A stretch of 63,536 nucleotides of DNA, counting the filler, from Cladosporium halotolerans (Eukaryota): NCBI RefSeq assembly GCF_011745625.1. It is 16 parts of 16 records of this genome, joined end to end, with 100 filler letters (N's around TTAATTAATTAA, not from the genome) between each part and the next. Parts side by side here need not be neighbours in the genome. Positions count along the whole stretch, not along the records: positions 41,140 to 44,886 come from NW_027191709.1; positions 44,987 to 48,726 come from NW_027191710.1; positions 48,827 to 52,537 come from NW_027191711.1; positions 52,638 to 56,240 come from NW_027191714.1; positions 56,341 to 59,896 come from NW_027191715.1; 11 more parts are not named here. One strand, 5' to 3'. The notes beneath the pieces are model-generated. The model saw only the letters and a list, made by a program, of their open reading frames with translations. It made no database searches and was not told the origin of the DNA. Below, piece by piece: positions 44,862 through 57,027 of this stretch (position 1 is its first letter; every line of letters starts with the position of its first letter). Made by a program: the position numbers and the translations under genes.

Positions 44862-46390
44862 ACTAACCCTAAGGCGGCGCTAACCGNNNNNNNNNNNNNN
44901 NNNNNNNNNNNNNNNNNNNNNNNNNNNNNNTTAATTAATTAANNNNNNNNNNNNNNNNNNNNNNNNNNNNNNNNNNNNNNNNNNNNCACATCCATCGGAC
45001 CATGCACGTTGTCTGCGGGATTTGTCGCAGCGGGCTCACGCTGCATGAACGGCGACGCACTGTGCGATACCCTCGGCATACCGCACGCGACCAGCATTCA
45101 TTACGCCACATTTCGCGGTTGCTGCTGGCTCGCGTCCGCCTTGTGTTTTCTGCAACGCAGATCATGCACCACGGACAGCTTGCTCATCAGCGTAAGGTAA
45201 CCTTCCCGCAACAGCAAAGCCATGGCTGACAAGTTCTATCAGGTGTCGCGCAAGACCCTTAACGGTATTTTTGATGGGTCGGAGTCTTCCCGTACGGACG
45301 GACGGCCATTTGTGTTACGGTACTTGCCGACGTACTCTGGGCCTAAAATGGTCGGCGTGAAGAGTGACGCCGCTTTACGTCTCACGATCAATATTGAGCT
45401 CGTCTTTCGGGCCGTATTTGCGCTTTACTGCAGTTTTTATTTTTTGCTTGTTTTGTCAGCGGGCGCAGCTTTGTCTCACTGCGTGAGGAGTCTTGTTGCT
45501 GTTTACAAATAGTAGGGCAAGCGAGCGATCGTGCGCTTCGCAAAGTGCGAGTTTCCAACACTCTTGTAATGCTCGTGGTCGTAGGGAATCAGATGCAAAG
45601 ATATTCGGACCTCTGGTCGATTTTCGAATCCTGTCGAATGCAGAGCCTCCTTACTGCAGTGGTAGCGAGCCTTTGGTACATCGCTAGGTGTCGCAACGAG
45701 GATCTATCGTGTATACAGATCAATTGTGCGCAGAATGCTCGCTCCTGTTGACCATGAAAAGGTTGAAATTAGATGCTGTCGGCCCTTACAAGCGTACTTC
45801 GATGATGAAGTAAGTTCTCGCCCGTGGGTATCAATCGATCGTATTACGCCACGAGCGATCAGGACTTCGCTCTTACACTCTTACATTATTCGCCCTCGCG
45901 TCATTACCTGATGTTTGTAGGGTACGGCTCTCAAGCTCTATGTTCGTCCATCGTTAAGACCTCGCAGCACGAATTGCTGCGTAATCCTATACTCAACTGG
46001 CTGGCACCAATCCAGAAAGGTGGTCTTCGGTGCCTTTGACTTGTGTAATTGGATCGTCAGGAGCTCTGAAAAGTCATCACTTATGCCCGAAGAAACTTGA
46101 AGCAAGTGTTACTGTAAGCGATGTAACGATTACATTTGCAAGATTGAACGGAAACAGGTCTTTTTCGTGACGTCGTATCGGTAGTTGCTGGTGGTGTGGG
46201 CCGCTGGTACAGTAGTTGAGTTGTGGGACCGGACACCATTCCATCGGCAGGTGAGCTCAATCCCACGCTCACACAGTATGGCCGGCTTTTCGCCAGGATC
46301 TTTTCCGTGTTTCTCGTATAAATTGCTTCAGTACTGTACCGTATCCTACAGAGAATATTTTTGCTCCATTGACCTAATTGTGCACGAGAC

Positions 46391-47610
46391 ATGGCTGACT
46401 CACGCGAGATAACTGTGAAATTCCCCAACCTCTTCGTTGGCTTCCTCGCCCCAGAGCCGACCCTAAACGCCAACTATCCTGCTGTTCGCGAAGCCTCTGA
46501 GGATTCAATACTCAGGTGTGACCATCCCTGAGACGAGAACAGCAGTAACCTTACCTAACATCTGGGCTAGATCATGCAACTTGACCGCCCGTCAGACTCA
46601 AGCAATCATCGAATGCAACTTCCCCTATTTTGCGGCCGTGATGGTCCCCTCTGCCAACGCTAAGCTCCTACGCATAATTTGTGATTGGGGGAATTGGATC
46701 TTTCCCTTTGACGATTTGTTTGACAATGGCGACGTCCGCAACGATGTCGCTCGAGCTATGAAGGTGATGGATGCTCTGGAAGCAACCTTTACTGAAGGTA
46801 GCAAGAGCGTGCGGAGTCAACAAGAGGACTGTAAACACATCAAGCCACTACTCGATATCGCACACATGCACGAAAGCATTTTCTCGGCCATCAGAGCGCA
46901 TGCTTCGGCTGGTGAGTAGATTCACTCCCTGAGTAGAGATGTCGGCAGTCACGGAAGCGCAGATCTCGAGCATGCAGCACGTACACGCCAGAAAGCATAC
47001 TAACGTACGGTAACAGGCATTTGTCACCGCTATTTCTTCAATGGTTGACTTCTGCGATGGCACGATGGCACAAGTGCAACAGGTGCAGACGGCGCACGGA
47101 ACAAGTTTTGAGTGCATCCTTGGGCAAAGAAGGCAATCCGTTTGCGTCGCACCCCTTTTTGCCCTGGTCGAACTCGGGCATCACATCCGCCTTCCAGATT
47201 CAGCCTTCAATGACCACAGACTTCAGAGCGTTCAGAGGCTCGGCATCGATATTACGCTACTCCACAATGACCTGCTCTCGTACCGCAAAGAGGAGAAAGA
47301 AGGAGTCCCGCACAATGTCGTCACGGCCTGCAGGAGGCAAGGTATGAGTGCACAAGCAGCCATGGATTTCGTTGGCTCGAAAGTCTCGGATCGCATCGCG
47401 GAGTTTGAGTGTATCGCGGACGAGCTCGAGAGGTCCGGAAGCGAATGGTCAGACGAACTCATGCGCTACATCCAGGGAATTAGAGATGTGATCAAGGCAA
47501 ACCTGCATTGGAGCTTTCACTCAGAGAGGTTTCTCTCGTCCGAGGAAAAGTCTACGCTGTTGGCCGAAGGCACTTTGCAAGTTTCCAGCGAATGCGTGGC
47601 GCTGCAATAG
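46391..47610 (+). pseudogene. Class I terpene (likely sesquiterpene) synthase; exons 46391-46515, 46571-46911, 47017-47610; apparent frameshift at ~47035
   Basis: WIFPFDDLFDNG (DDxxD), HNDLLSYRKE (NSE/DTE), WSFHSERF; phase-1 splice gives GICHRYFFNG* out of frame with MVDFC. Confidence 0.9.
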
Positions 47611-48289
47611 TATCGGAAGTAGTTGTTGTCATTGATGCAAGCTTGTCCGATACCCACGGTGGCCGACCTGAATCTACTCCGGCCATGACACAATGGGCTT
47701 GCACCGCCGAGACCTGTTTTTGATCATCCCGCGTGAGCCTGTCCACGTGTCTGTAAGAATCGGCACGTCGTCCGAAGCGAGGCATGTTTACCAACCACGT
47801 CAAAGGCCGAGGAGAGGTCAAGGGCTGACAGTCCCACCTGCCTAACAGTAACGAGGGCAAGGAATAAGTCACGAGCATGTGCTGGTCGATGACCTAGATG
47901 ATGCAATAGCGATTAGCGGACGCGAGTGTCCTCCGCCGCTGCGATGCCGCATTAATTGGGAAAAGCATGCGGCTTAGAAAGGCAAGTCAGTTGCACTAAT
48001 TTACGTGCCGTCTGGACACCAGAAACCCTGGTCTGCGGCGCGGGTAATCGATCGCGGTCCAGTATATGTACGACTCTGCACCATGATACACATGAGGGTA
48101 AACGTCTTGGGACCCGCCACGCAAGCCGCACCTTCAAACCACCACTGGAGAAAGTCAATGCGAGGATCCCTTCTCACATGTTTCAACAACAACATCATCA
48201 CTCGTTTCACTCTTCAATTGCTCTTCGCAACCCGTAGCGTCCAGGGCTATGATGTTCAACAGGTATCTTACTTTGGGAGTGATGGTAAC

Positions 48290-48726
48290 TTATGTTCTGC
48301 GGATCTTGTAGTGCTCTGCGGTGTCATCCATCAGGTTCTGGAAGTACATGATCACGCCTTTCGTCTCCTTTATGATAGGGTCCGTATCTGCCAGGCCTTG
48401 TTGAGATTCTGCACAACCGGTGGGTTTTGCAATCTTTGCAGAGAGAATTTCTAAGGCGTCGTTGAGTGCCGGCAGCATCTGACGTTGGATGACGGGTAGT
48501 AGTCTTGCCGCTGATCCATGTTGTCCGTACACTTCGGCTCTGAGTATTCTCATAGCACACGTCACCTGCGTCGCAACGCAATCTTCCTCGTCGCTGTCGT
48601 TCTTCCACAAGCGCTCCTGGGACTTCCCAATCTCAATCTCGCATTGCTCTATGATCACATCTGGAAGCACGTCCAATGGGCCAGCCACGATGCCCGTGCG
48701 CTGCAATATCGTGTCGTTGGAAATGT
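48290..48726 (-). CDS. Hypothetical protein, C-terminal fragment
   Basis: Frame open from the contig edge for ~145 codons with helical, protein-like composition. Confidence 0.45.
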
Positions 48727-48826
48727 NNNNNNNNNNNNNNNNNNNNNNNNNNNNNNNNNNNNNNNNNNNNTTAATTAATTAANNNNNNNNNNNNNNNNNN
48801 NNNNNNNNNNNNNNNNNNNNNNNNNN

Positions 48827-51800
48827 GCCGCAAGGGTACGGCAGTATCCAGTGGTACTTAAAAAGCCATCGCCAATACCGTCGAGTGAATTTATGCACGA
48901 GGTCTTCGCCCTGCATCCTCAGCCCTATCTTTGCCCGCTGGTACAGCTTGCGGAATGGCTTATCTTCCCAGTGCAGTCGAGCCAGACCGTCCCCATCGTT
49001 GAGCAAAAAGGCTGCGAGGTCGGACGGTACTTTGAAGTCGCAGCGATTGCCAGACAACAAGTAGCAACCGTCCACCATTATATCGTCGAAGTAGCTGTAG
49101 CAAAACGGTTGCTCTCCTTGCATCGCCTCCTCGCGCTTCTCCTCTTTGATCTCGGTCTTCACGGCGTTCAGTACGTCGAGACGGAGCTGCTTCAAGCACA
49201 CGTGTACCATCCATGACAAAACCTCCTCTCGGATGATCTCGTGCTCTCCGTTCCTCTCGATCCACGTCAATCCTCTCTCGAGTGCTACGGCCGTGTCAAA
49301 GAATGCTGCCAGTCGTTCGCCTCGTCGTATTATCTGCCCTCGTAGCACTCCGTTACCGAACAACATGCTGTTCGTGATATCTGGCTTGAAACATAAACGC
49401 TGCCAATCGATCCGTGGCTCCAGCCAACAGTATTTGTATCGGGGCAGTGTATTGCAGAATCCCAATCCGTACCACTTCCGCTGTTGGGGCGCTTCTCCCA
49501 AGATTCGCTTGCTGGCCCACATGGCGGATTCTGGCTCCAACTGATGGCCACCGATGACGAAGCGCAAGCAACGGAGGAAGGCGAACATCATCTTTGTTTG
49601 CTCCCACGTCACCATCGTTGTCCTGGATTGGGCGTGGATTATCTCGAACGCTGTCGCGTATTTGTCCACGCTCCGCCACAGAAAGTCGAGGTAATTCTTA
49701 GTCTGTACTGGCCATGCATATTGGGGGCAGTCTAGCATTGTCACTTGGAGTGATGTGCGATCTTCGGCTTCCAGGAGTGCTTTGAGCCGCTGGAACAAGC
49801 CCCATGTGACTCGGTGTTCTTCCCTTATACCGAAAGACCGCGTCCTCGAATCCAGAATGGCAGCTCGGGCGCGGCGTTTGCTCGCTCTGTACGCAAGCTC
49901 CACAATCTTCGCATCACGTCTGTGGCCACCTGAAAGGTTTCGGAAACCGCGCCGCAACTGGGGATCGAGTGCCATCTCCTCTAAAGCGTCGTTGTCGAAC
50001 GGCTTACACCTTGCAGCATCCGTCATCTCCTTCACCGAGCCGTAGAACTGGCTGTAGATCAGACCCCCTTGGCGCAGTACTGATTGCTTCGGAGTCACAC
50101 TCGTGAGGCTACTTGCCTCGTATAACATATTTTGGTGATAGTATCGCTGTCCTTGGGCGCGTGGCGATGGTGGCTTTCCATCGTACATCCACTGCATGTA
50201 TTCTTCGAGGCAACACCGCTTCCATGAGTACACTTGGGCTTGCTGTCCTATGTGTCGATCTTCACCTGGGAGTAGACTGACACTTGGGCATATTTCCTTG
50301 CCAATGTCGACGTAGAAACGCTCTTGATCCACAAAACTCATGTCGAGGATCGGTTGCAGATAAGACTCGTAATGTTCCATGACATCGAGTAGCGTGGGCC
50401 GGGACGACGGGCCCTGGAAGTAAAGCTTCGTTCCTTTTGCTGTGCAGAGCAGCTGAGGCTCCCGGAAATCTGCTAAGCCAGGTGTATCGCTCACTGTGTC
50501 CAACACGATATCCCAGACTTCGCGGAGATACTCCGGCTGAAGATGGTACGCAATCCCTTGCTGAGCTTGGTAGCTGCTCGTCTCGATCTTACGGGCCTCG
50601 GTCTGATTTGCCTTTGAGTTCGCTAGTGCCACTCGATAGGTCGAGGGCAGGTGCTGAGTATAGTGCGCCGGAAAGACTTTCCACAGAGCGGGGTGAAAGA
50701 CACGATCCGTCCAACGTGATAGTTGCTCCTCAGTCATGGACTTGAACTTATCGCGTCCGGCTACGAGTTGTAGGTGGGGAAACAGTACGTGGACTGTGAT
50801 ATTGTGCGCGCCACACAACCTACCGAGGAGGAAATGTGGCACATCCCGGAGCATCTTCCTGCAGGAGCGAAGGGTCTCATCGTCGTCGGAGACGTTCTCA
50901 AAGGCGTCCATTTCTAGGTGTACGTCTGTCTGGATATTCTGCTGCGCTTGAGCTGCAGGTTGATACGACAGACCTTGTTTTGCAGCAGCCAGTGATGAAC
51001 AGAATCCCAACATGCTGTCGATGTCAAAAGCTACCAAAGGCTCGATCGCTTGTGTTTGTTCTTCGTGCAGACAAATATTCATAGGCAGCCGTTGCTGTCC
51101 TCTTGCTGGGATGCCACAGAAGGCTTCTTCCCATTGCGCTGCGGTGGGCAGCTGCACCTGCTGAAGTCGGGCGGGAGACATCAGATCATCGTATGGGAGT
51201 ACTGATGGGAAGTGACGGGACTTGAAGACGTCGTCTAGTCCGTGGTGGTTGTTAGTCTCCGCTTCCATGTGCTCGCGGAGTTTCTCCTCGTGTTGCTCCA
51301 CGGAGCAGCCGTGGTGGCCGCCTTGTAGTTGCTGGAACAGCTTTTCGGCCGTGCTCTCACTCGCCACTTCACCTTCTTCGTCAACTTCGCGCGCTGAAGC
51401 GAAGCTGATTTCTGACTCTTCATCCTCGGACCGGACGCTAAGTTGTTCCCAGCCAAGCAAGTCTTCAGTTCCTAGATGTAGCTCTTGGCCGTCCTCCCGT
51501 ATTGCGACACCGCTAAGTCTGCGTTCAATGTCCGCCACCTGAGTCTCGGCTTCTAATTGTTCTTCTTGAATTCCGATCGCGTCATCTGTCACAAGTTGGG
51601 GGTCATCATCACGTGGGGCTGGTATTGGGGATATTGTGTCTCCATTTCCAGAAAGGACGTGCAGGTGGTCGGGGCTACTGACATTCGAGCGCAATTGTGA
51701 GTCTCCAGACTGAGTTCTGGTAGTCGACGGCTCGTCGTTGCCAGCTCTGGTCGTAGTTGGTGTATGCGCCCTCGGTCTTGCAAACTTTCGAAAGAATCCT

Positions 51801-52180
51801 TTCATGACTGTACGCATTTCACCCGAACTCTCGTTTGTGTCTCGCTGCCTTTCCTGGTAAAGGGAGTTATGCTCGTCTACATCTTCTGCGCTCTGTTGTA
51901 GTTGTGCGTCTAGTGCGTCGTGCGGTATGTCGAGGTCGGGCGGCTTTCGCATGCCGAGGGACACTAGCGTTGCGGCGGCTTCTTCTTCCTCCACCGTTGT
52001 AAGATTGACAATGTGGTCGCCTTGCTCTTGCTGCGCGACAGACGGTTGTGTGTCTATCAATTGTGTTTCTCTTTGTCGGAGGCGATGCTGTCGTACACGT
52101 TCCCGCACTTGTTCGCGGCGACGGTTCACCGCTGCGCTGTCGCTTTCGCCAGATAGGGGACGACCCCTTTTCACTGGCAT
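48827..52180 (-). CDS. Large uncharacterised protein (>1117 aa, 3' truncated) with N-terminal AT-hook/basic helix
   Basis: 3.35-kb intronless ORF; KRGRP and RRREQVRERVRQHRLRQ, acidic linker, then a long globular region (FDIDS, YSQFYGSVKE, SFGIREEHR). Confidence 0.85.
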
Positions 52181-52301
52181 GTTGATGTTCCCTGCGAGCG
52201 GTGTGTACAAGTTAAGCTATGAGTATATATCAAAAAGAATCCCATACACGGCTGTGGCTCTGCTGAAAAAGGCTCTTTGTTGGCGTATGTAGTGTTGTTG
52301 G

Positions 52302-52358
52302 CGGAATTGTAACGCTCAAGACCGGAATTGTAACGCTTGGGGTGGGATTTGTAACGCT
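52302..52358. promoter_or_regulatory. Three direct repeats GGAWTTGTAACGCT at 21-bp period
   Basis: Copies at 52302, 52323, 52344, about 120-180 bp upstream of the large ORF; regulatory role is inferred. Confidence 0.6.
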
Positions 52359-52768
52359 CTTGGCATTGACTCCTGGCAACGACGACTTCAACAACGAATA
52401 ACATATGCTATACAACCCCTACGTACATTAGACAACTCGGAATAGATACTAGGAGCTATATACTATCGAATAAAGCTTTAAAATTAATAATAAAATAACT
52501 TTGTTTTTCTAAATCTATACCCATACTTCCTTATATANNNNNNNNNNNNNNNNNNNNNNNNNNNNNNNNNNNNNNNNNNNNTTAATTAATTAANNNNNNN
52601 NNNNNNNNNNNNNNNNNNNNNNNNNNNNNNNNNNNNNGGTGCAATGGTGGAGAGATGGAGAGATAGTGGGAGAAGAGGAACAGAAGCTCGAAGGTTGAGG
52701 CTTTGCCCTGAAACAAGCCAGGCTGCGTCTCCTCCGATTCTCCGAAAGTTTTCGAACTTTGCCAAGCC

Positions 52769-54295
52769 ATGGGACCACCCATCTCCGCAAGACGCATCTC
52801 AGACGTATTGAGAACGTTCAGCACATCACAGCATTGTGTCGGTGTACACACGATGGGCAGAGGCCCAGAGACGCCTATGTGGAAGCGCCATTGCGCGATT
52901 GCGTACGCTTTTGATTTAGCGATGCCGCAGACTGAGATTGCAGGAAGACTGGACTTGACAAGGCCGACTGTAAGCACTCTCATTCAAGCCGCGAGAGCGC
53001 GCAGTCTATCCTCAGAGCTGGCGGATTTGCAAGCGGCGGTCAGTGTACAACCACGCAGCGGAAGGCCGAAGAGAGCTGCTCCTGGTGACGAGGTATCCCT
53101 TACCGTCCGCAAAGGTGTCCGAGAACACCCATTTCATGCTATGAACGACGCAGCCAACCGCTATCTTAGGGAACGCCAGGTCCTCGGCGAGATCGATCAC
53201 AACATCCGACCACTAGGGGCGCAGCAGGTGTATAATGTCTTGCAAGACCCTGAACAGTGCGCTGCAGACGTAGACGACCAAAGAGCGTATACACGGCATC
53301 GTGTGTACAGACGTAACGAGCTCAGCGCTGCCAATATCTCAAAACGTCAGGCATATCTTTTCGAGGTTGAACAGCTAGACCAAGCCGAAGCAATCATCAT
53401 ATGCTGCGATGAGAAGGCCTACCACTTTGGCGGCACGCCTAATCAGCATGGATCATTGCCGATCAATACGAGCTCGTACCAAAGCTGTGCCCCGACCCGT
53501 TTCAAACTCGAGCAATGGGCTGCTGCTTGCGGCGATGACTGTAGCGCGACAAGACCCTGGACTGTTTGGGAGCTTGAAGACCAGACATCTGAGGAGCTGC
53601 AAAAGCAATTGAGTGAATGTAATGCACAGGCAGGGAAGATTACCGAAGAGCAACGTGCTAATGCCAGAATACATGGCACGTCTGAACACCAGTACCTCGT
53701 CTGGATGAACACGCAGGTCAAGATCAAACGTCTTTGGATGCGGGCCAATGCTAACGACAGTGGGGTCCCTAAGGATTGGACGCCAGAACGCCTCTTTCCC
53801 TACCAGCATCAGGACCCGAAAGACTGTGCCAAAAAGCTCAACTTTGTGTGGTACGCTTTCGAAGTGTATCGGAAGTTGCTTTTTCCCTATTACTGCGAAA
53901 TCTGTAGGCGCAACCCGGGTAGGAGAGTGGTCATCCAGGAGGACAATCATGGACCACATCTAAAGGCTCGCAAACTATTACAGCCCGAAATCCAACAACA
54001 TGGTATTGTTTTTGTGAACCATCCTGGTAACTCACCAGATCTCGCACCGATCGAGGGTCTTCAAGGTGAGCATGAGAGGAAACTAGCAAGCTTTGTGTAC
54101 GAAGTGAGGGATGCACAAGCCGCTACTGTGCAGAGGGCAAAAGATCTCCTCAAATACGCTTGGCAAAGTAAAGACTTTGACGAGACCGTGCAGGGTAAGG
54201 TTTGCAGGGCCGCTTATAAAGAGCTGGCGAAGAGATGCAAGATGGTGGGAGGCAGCAATCACTTTAAGGATGACGTATATGTCTATCCAGGCTGA
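52769..54295 (+). CDS. Tc1/IS630-like transposase (DD36E), 508 aa
   Basis: HTH QTEIAGRLDLTRPTVSTL, PRSGRP, CCDEK, QEDNHGPH, HPGNSPDLAPIE; 36 residues between D2 and E. Confidence 0.9.
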   Translation: MGPPISARRISDVLRTFSTSQHCVGVHTMGRGPETPMWKRHCAIAYAFDLAMPQTEIAGRLDLTRPTVSTLIQAARARSLSSELADLQAAVSVQPRSGRPKRAAPGDEVSLTVRKGVREHPFHAMNDAANRYLRERQVLGEIDHNIRPLGAQQVYNVLQDPEQCAADVDDQRAYTRHRVYRRNELSAANISKRQAYLFEVEQLDQAEAIIICCDEKAYHFGGTPNQHGSLPINTSSYQSCAPTRFKLEQWAAACGDDCSATRPWTVWELEDQTSEELQKQLSECNAQAGKITEEQRANARIHGTSEHQYLVWMNTQVKIKRLWMRANANDSGVPKDWTPERLFPYQHQDPKDCAKKLNFVWYAFEVYRKLLFPYYCEICRRNPGRRVVIQEDNHGPHLKARKLLQPEIQQHGIVFVNHPGNSPDLAPIEGLQGEHERKLASFVYEVRDAQAATVQRAKDLLKYAWQSKDFDETVQGKVCRAAYKELAKRCKMVGGSNHFKDDVYVYPG

Positions 54296-55657
54296 AAAGG
54301 CACACATGGTATTTCGAGTACCATCAAGTGTAAGATTCTTTGTACAGTGCAGTCAAAGATCTGAGCGGACGTCAAGTGACACCTGAGTGGGCTTTCCTGG
54401 TTCCCAATTGTCTCTCAAAAAACATGAGAGCCAAGCCAATCCGGGAAATTCGAAAACCTTCGGAAAAGCGGAGGCTTGACGAGTCTTGGCTCACTCTTGG
54501 CGCAAGACGGAATGAATTCGTTTCCCCAGCCCTGCCGCCCGGCCTTGCGGGCGCATAAATTCAGGAGGTCCTTCGGCATACGCAACGCTTCATCCTGCTG
54601 CCAGAGGTTGGCGACAGCCACACAGCCGTTCGCCCTGGGCACCAATCGTGTTGCACAAGACCCACCAAGCGCAGGCAAAAGGCGGGATCGGGTCGGGTCT
54701 TGCGACGTGCGACCCCCTCGACCGGCGTGGGAGAACTCCCTGTGCTGGCCTCCCTGTCGATCCAGTAGCACGTCCGTCGAAGCGCGTGTTTGTTGGTTCA
54801 GCCATTATGTTCTATGGCCTTCGAATGTTGTCACAAGTCGCTTCGGAAAACTGTAGCCCTGCGTTCTACTCTTTTTTTGTTGTCCCTCAAAGCTGCGCTG
54901 CGCACTCGCCACTCTCCCAATGATACTGTACTCGTCGCAAGCACCAACCCATTGACCAAGATCGAAACAATTTGTAACAATATTATGGATTTGCCTTGAG
55001 ACGCGCTCTTTGGATACTCGCATCACAACACTTTAACGTCAAAGCGTACTTCGATAGATGTAAAACTCACCATGTCATGAAAAGTCCAAAGTCCAAAGCA
55101 AGACTTCAAAGGATTCAAGAGGTGGTATGGAGGTGCCAGATTATTCGGCGCCACGTGCGGACAGATAGACCGAAAGTCGCAATGCCAAGCGTTTCACGCA
55201 AGGCTTCGTGATTACTGTATCTAATGGCATCACGTGCGCTTTATATAAGTTTTTGAGGTTGACTCTGTGGCCAGTGCCGGATTCATAAGCATGATCACGC
55301 TCAAGTAGACCTCGTCACTGGCCGAGACCCAGTGATGGAAGAACCCTGGATCATCTATGAGCTTCGCGATAGCTGGACTCCTTGGTATCACGTGCTAAGT
55401 TACCATCGTCTTTGGAAAGAAGTGCCAAGAGATAGAGTAATCAGGAGGGCCTTCGTGATTACTCTATCCCTTGGCATCACGTGCAGCGTCCGTCGTGAGA
55501 GAGAAGCGCTAAGAGATACAGTACGGAGGGCTGCCTCCACCGTCAGCCTGAATCGCTTGGCAGATTTTCTGGCGTCACGTACGGATGGAGACCGAGAGTC
55601 ACAGCGCCAAGCGATGGTGTTCTTTTTGGACAATAGGACAGTTGAATCTTGAATACT

Positions 55658-56240
55658 CGGCATATTTGACATCAGCCTTAGAATCCGACTTCAAACGACG
55701 AGTAATCCCTCCCTCGACGAGGTTTGCGAGGTTAATGCAAGCAAGCGGCAAAAAACCATGATCACCTAAGACTCTACACGCAACGAGGAGCGCTCGGATT
55801 TAAATCTACCAGTTGGTCGGATTTGCTGCTGTGAACAGAATGTCAGAAGGGCGCGTCACGGGGAGTATGCCGCAGAGGACACGCAGCGAGGAGCGCTCGG
55901 AGTTGAATTTACCTTCCTGGCGGCTGGCCGGACTCCATCCAGAGCCGGTAGGAAATGATTGGTCTCTTGGTCAGGACGGAACAACTATTGCGGATTCCCG
56001 CGATTTGTGGAAAAATACAAGGCCTGTCCCCGGCCAATGTTCCTGTGCCGACTTCGCCGACATGAAGCAATCGACCTTCATGGCAAGAAACGCAAAGGGA
56101 TGGCGTTGTTGAACTGTACTTCACGAGACGTGGCCCATCAGTTGTTGGGTAGATTCTCAAAAAGTGATCGACATGATTTGCATGGCAACATGTGCGAAGT
56201 GGTGTACGATGTTCCTTCTCACGGCACTTGTTGGGTCTTT
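55658..56240 (+). repeat. Dispersed repeat, copy B (homologous to 12636-13190)
   Basis: Colinear shared blocks; this copy has extra insertions including a duplicated CGAGGAGCGCTCGGA. Confidence 0.9.
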
Positions 56241-56349
56241 NNNNNNNNNNNNNNNNNNNNNNNNNNNNNNNNNNNNNNNNNNNNTTAATTAATTAANNNN
56301 NNNNNNNNNNNNNNNNNNNNNNNNNNNNNNNNNNNNNNNNTGTACTCAC

Positions 56350-57027
56350 CTCGCCGGCGCACATCCACTTCCCCGGCTTCACCGAGCCACACTCGATCAT
56401 CGCCACCAACGGCGCGCTGAGTGCCCAGATGCCCATCACACCGACACTGATCAAGCTCACCCGCCTCAGTTGAGTTGCCCCTATTATTTCAAAAGCGATG
56501 AACATGATGGTGGAGCATCTCGTCAGCTCCACGGAAAGCAGCAGTGGCGCCTGGCTGACGAAATATCGCTGTTGATCGTTAGTCGTTAGTCGGGTTTGTC
56601 CGTTTCATCAATGCAACACAGTCCACTCACAAGCGCCACGTCCTGGTCGGGAACGGTCGAGCTGGAGCTAGTGGCGAGACCGTCGGCCAAGCCTGTGAGC
56701 AGCAGCGAAAAGTGTGCCATGCCGACAACCTGATCGATCGTCAATGATCCGTCTCCGTCGATGCAGTCGCTGTGCTGCCCAGGCCACTCACGTATGCAAT
56801 CACTGGAAACTCGGTCAGCTGTTGACGGTCTTTCTTCAACGCCAGCGCATCTTACAAGAACACCAGTCGCTCCAGGTCCATTTCTGCCTCCGCGCGTACA
56901 CGCGGGCGATCATGGTCAGGCTCGACCATATGGAAAGGATCCAAGCAAACACGCACGGCCCTGCGCGAGCATCGTCTGCAGTCACGTAGTAAGCGCGGTT
57001 GCCTGGCTCGTAAGCTATGTTGGACAT
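56350..57027 (-). CDS. Pth11-like (fungal rhodopsin-domain) integral membrane protein, 5' part
   Basis: YVTADDARAG + TM + IARVY..SDW; later exons LADGLA, YFVSQ..L..ELTRCS, GIWALSA..IEC; GT-AG introns. Confidence 0.7.

Noticed and set aside
44860..44872. True telomere (CTAACCCTAA)
   Set aside because: Fewer than two units, followed by non-telomeric sequence; more like the LINE 3' UTR motif
10268..47610. Biosynthetic cluster of OMT, MFS and terpene synthase
   Set aside because: The genes lie on different contigs joined artificially
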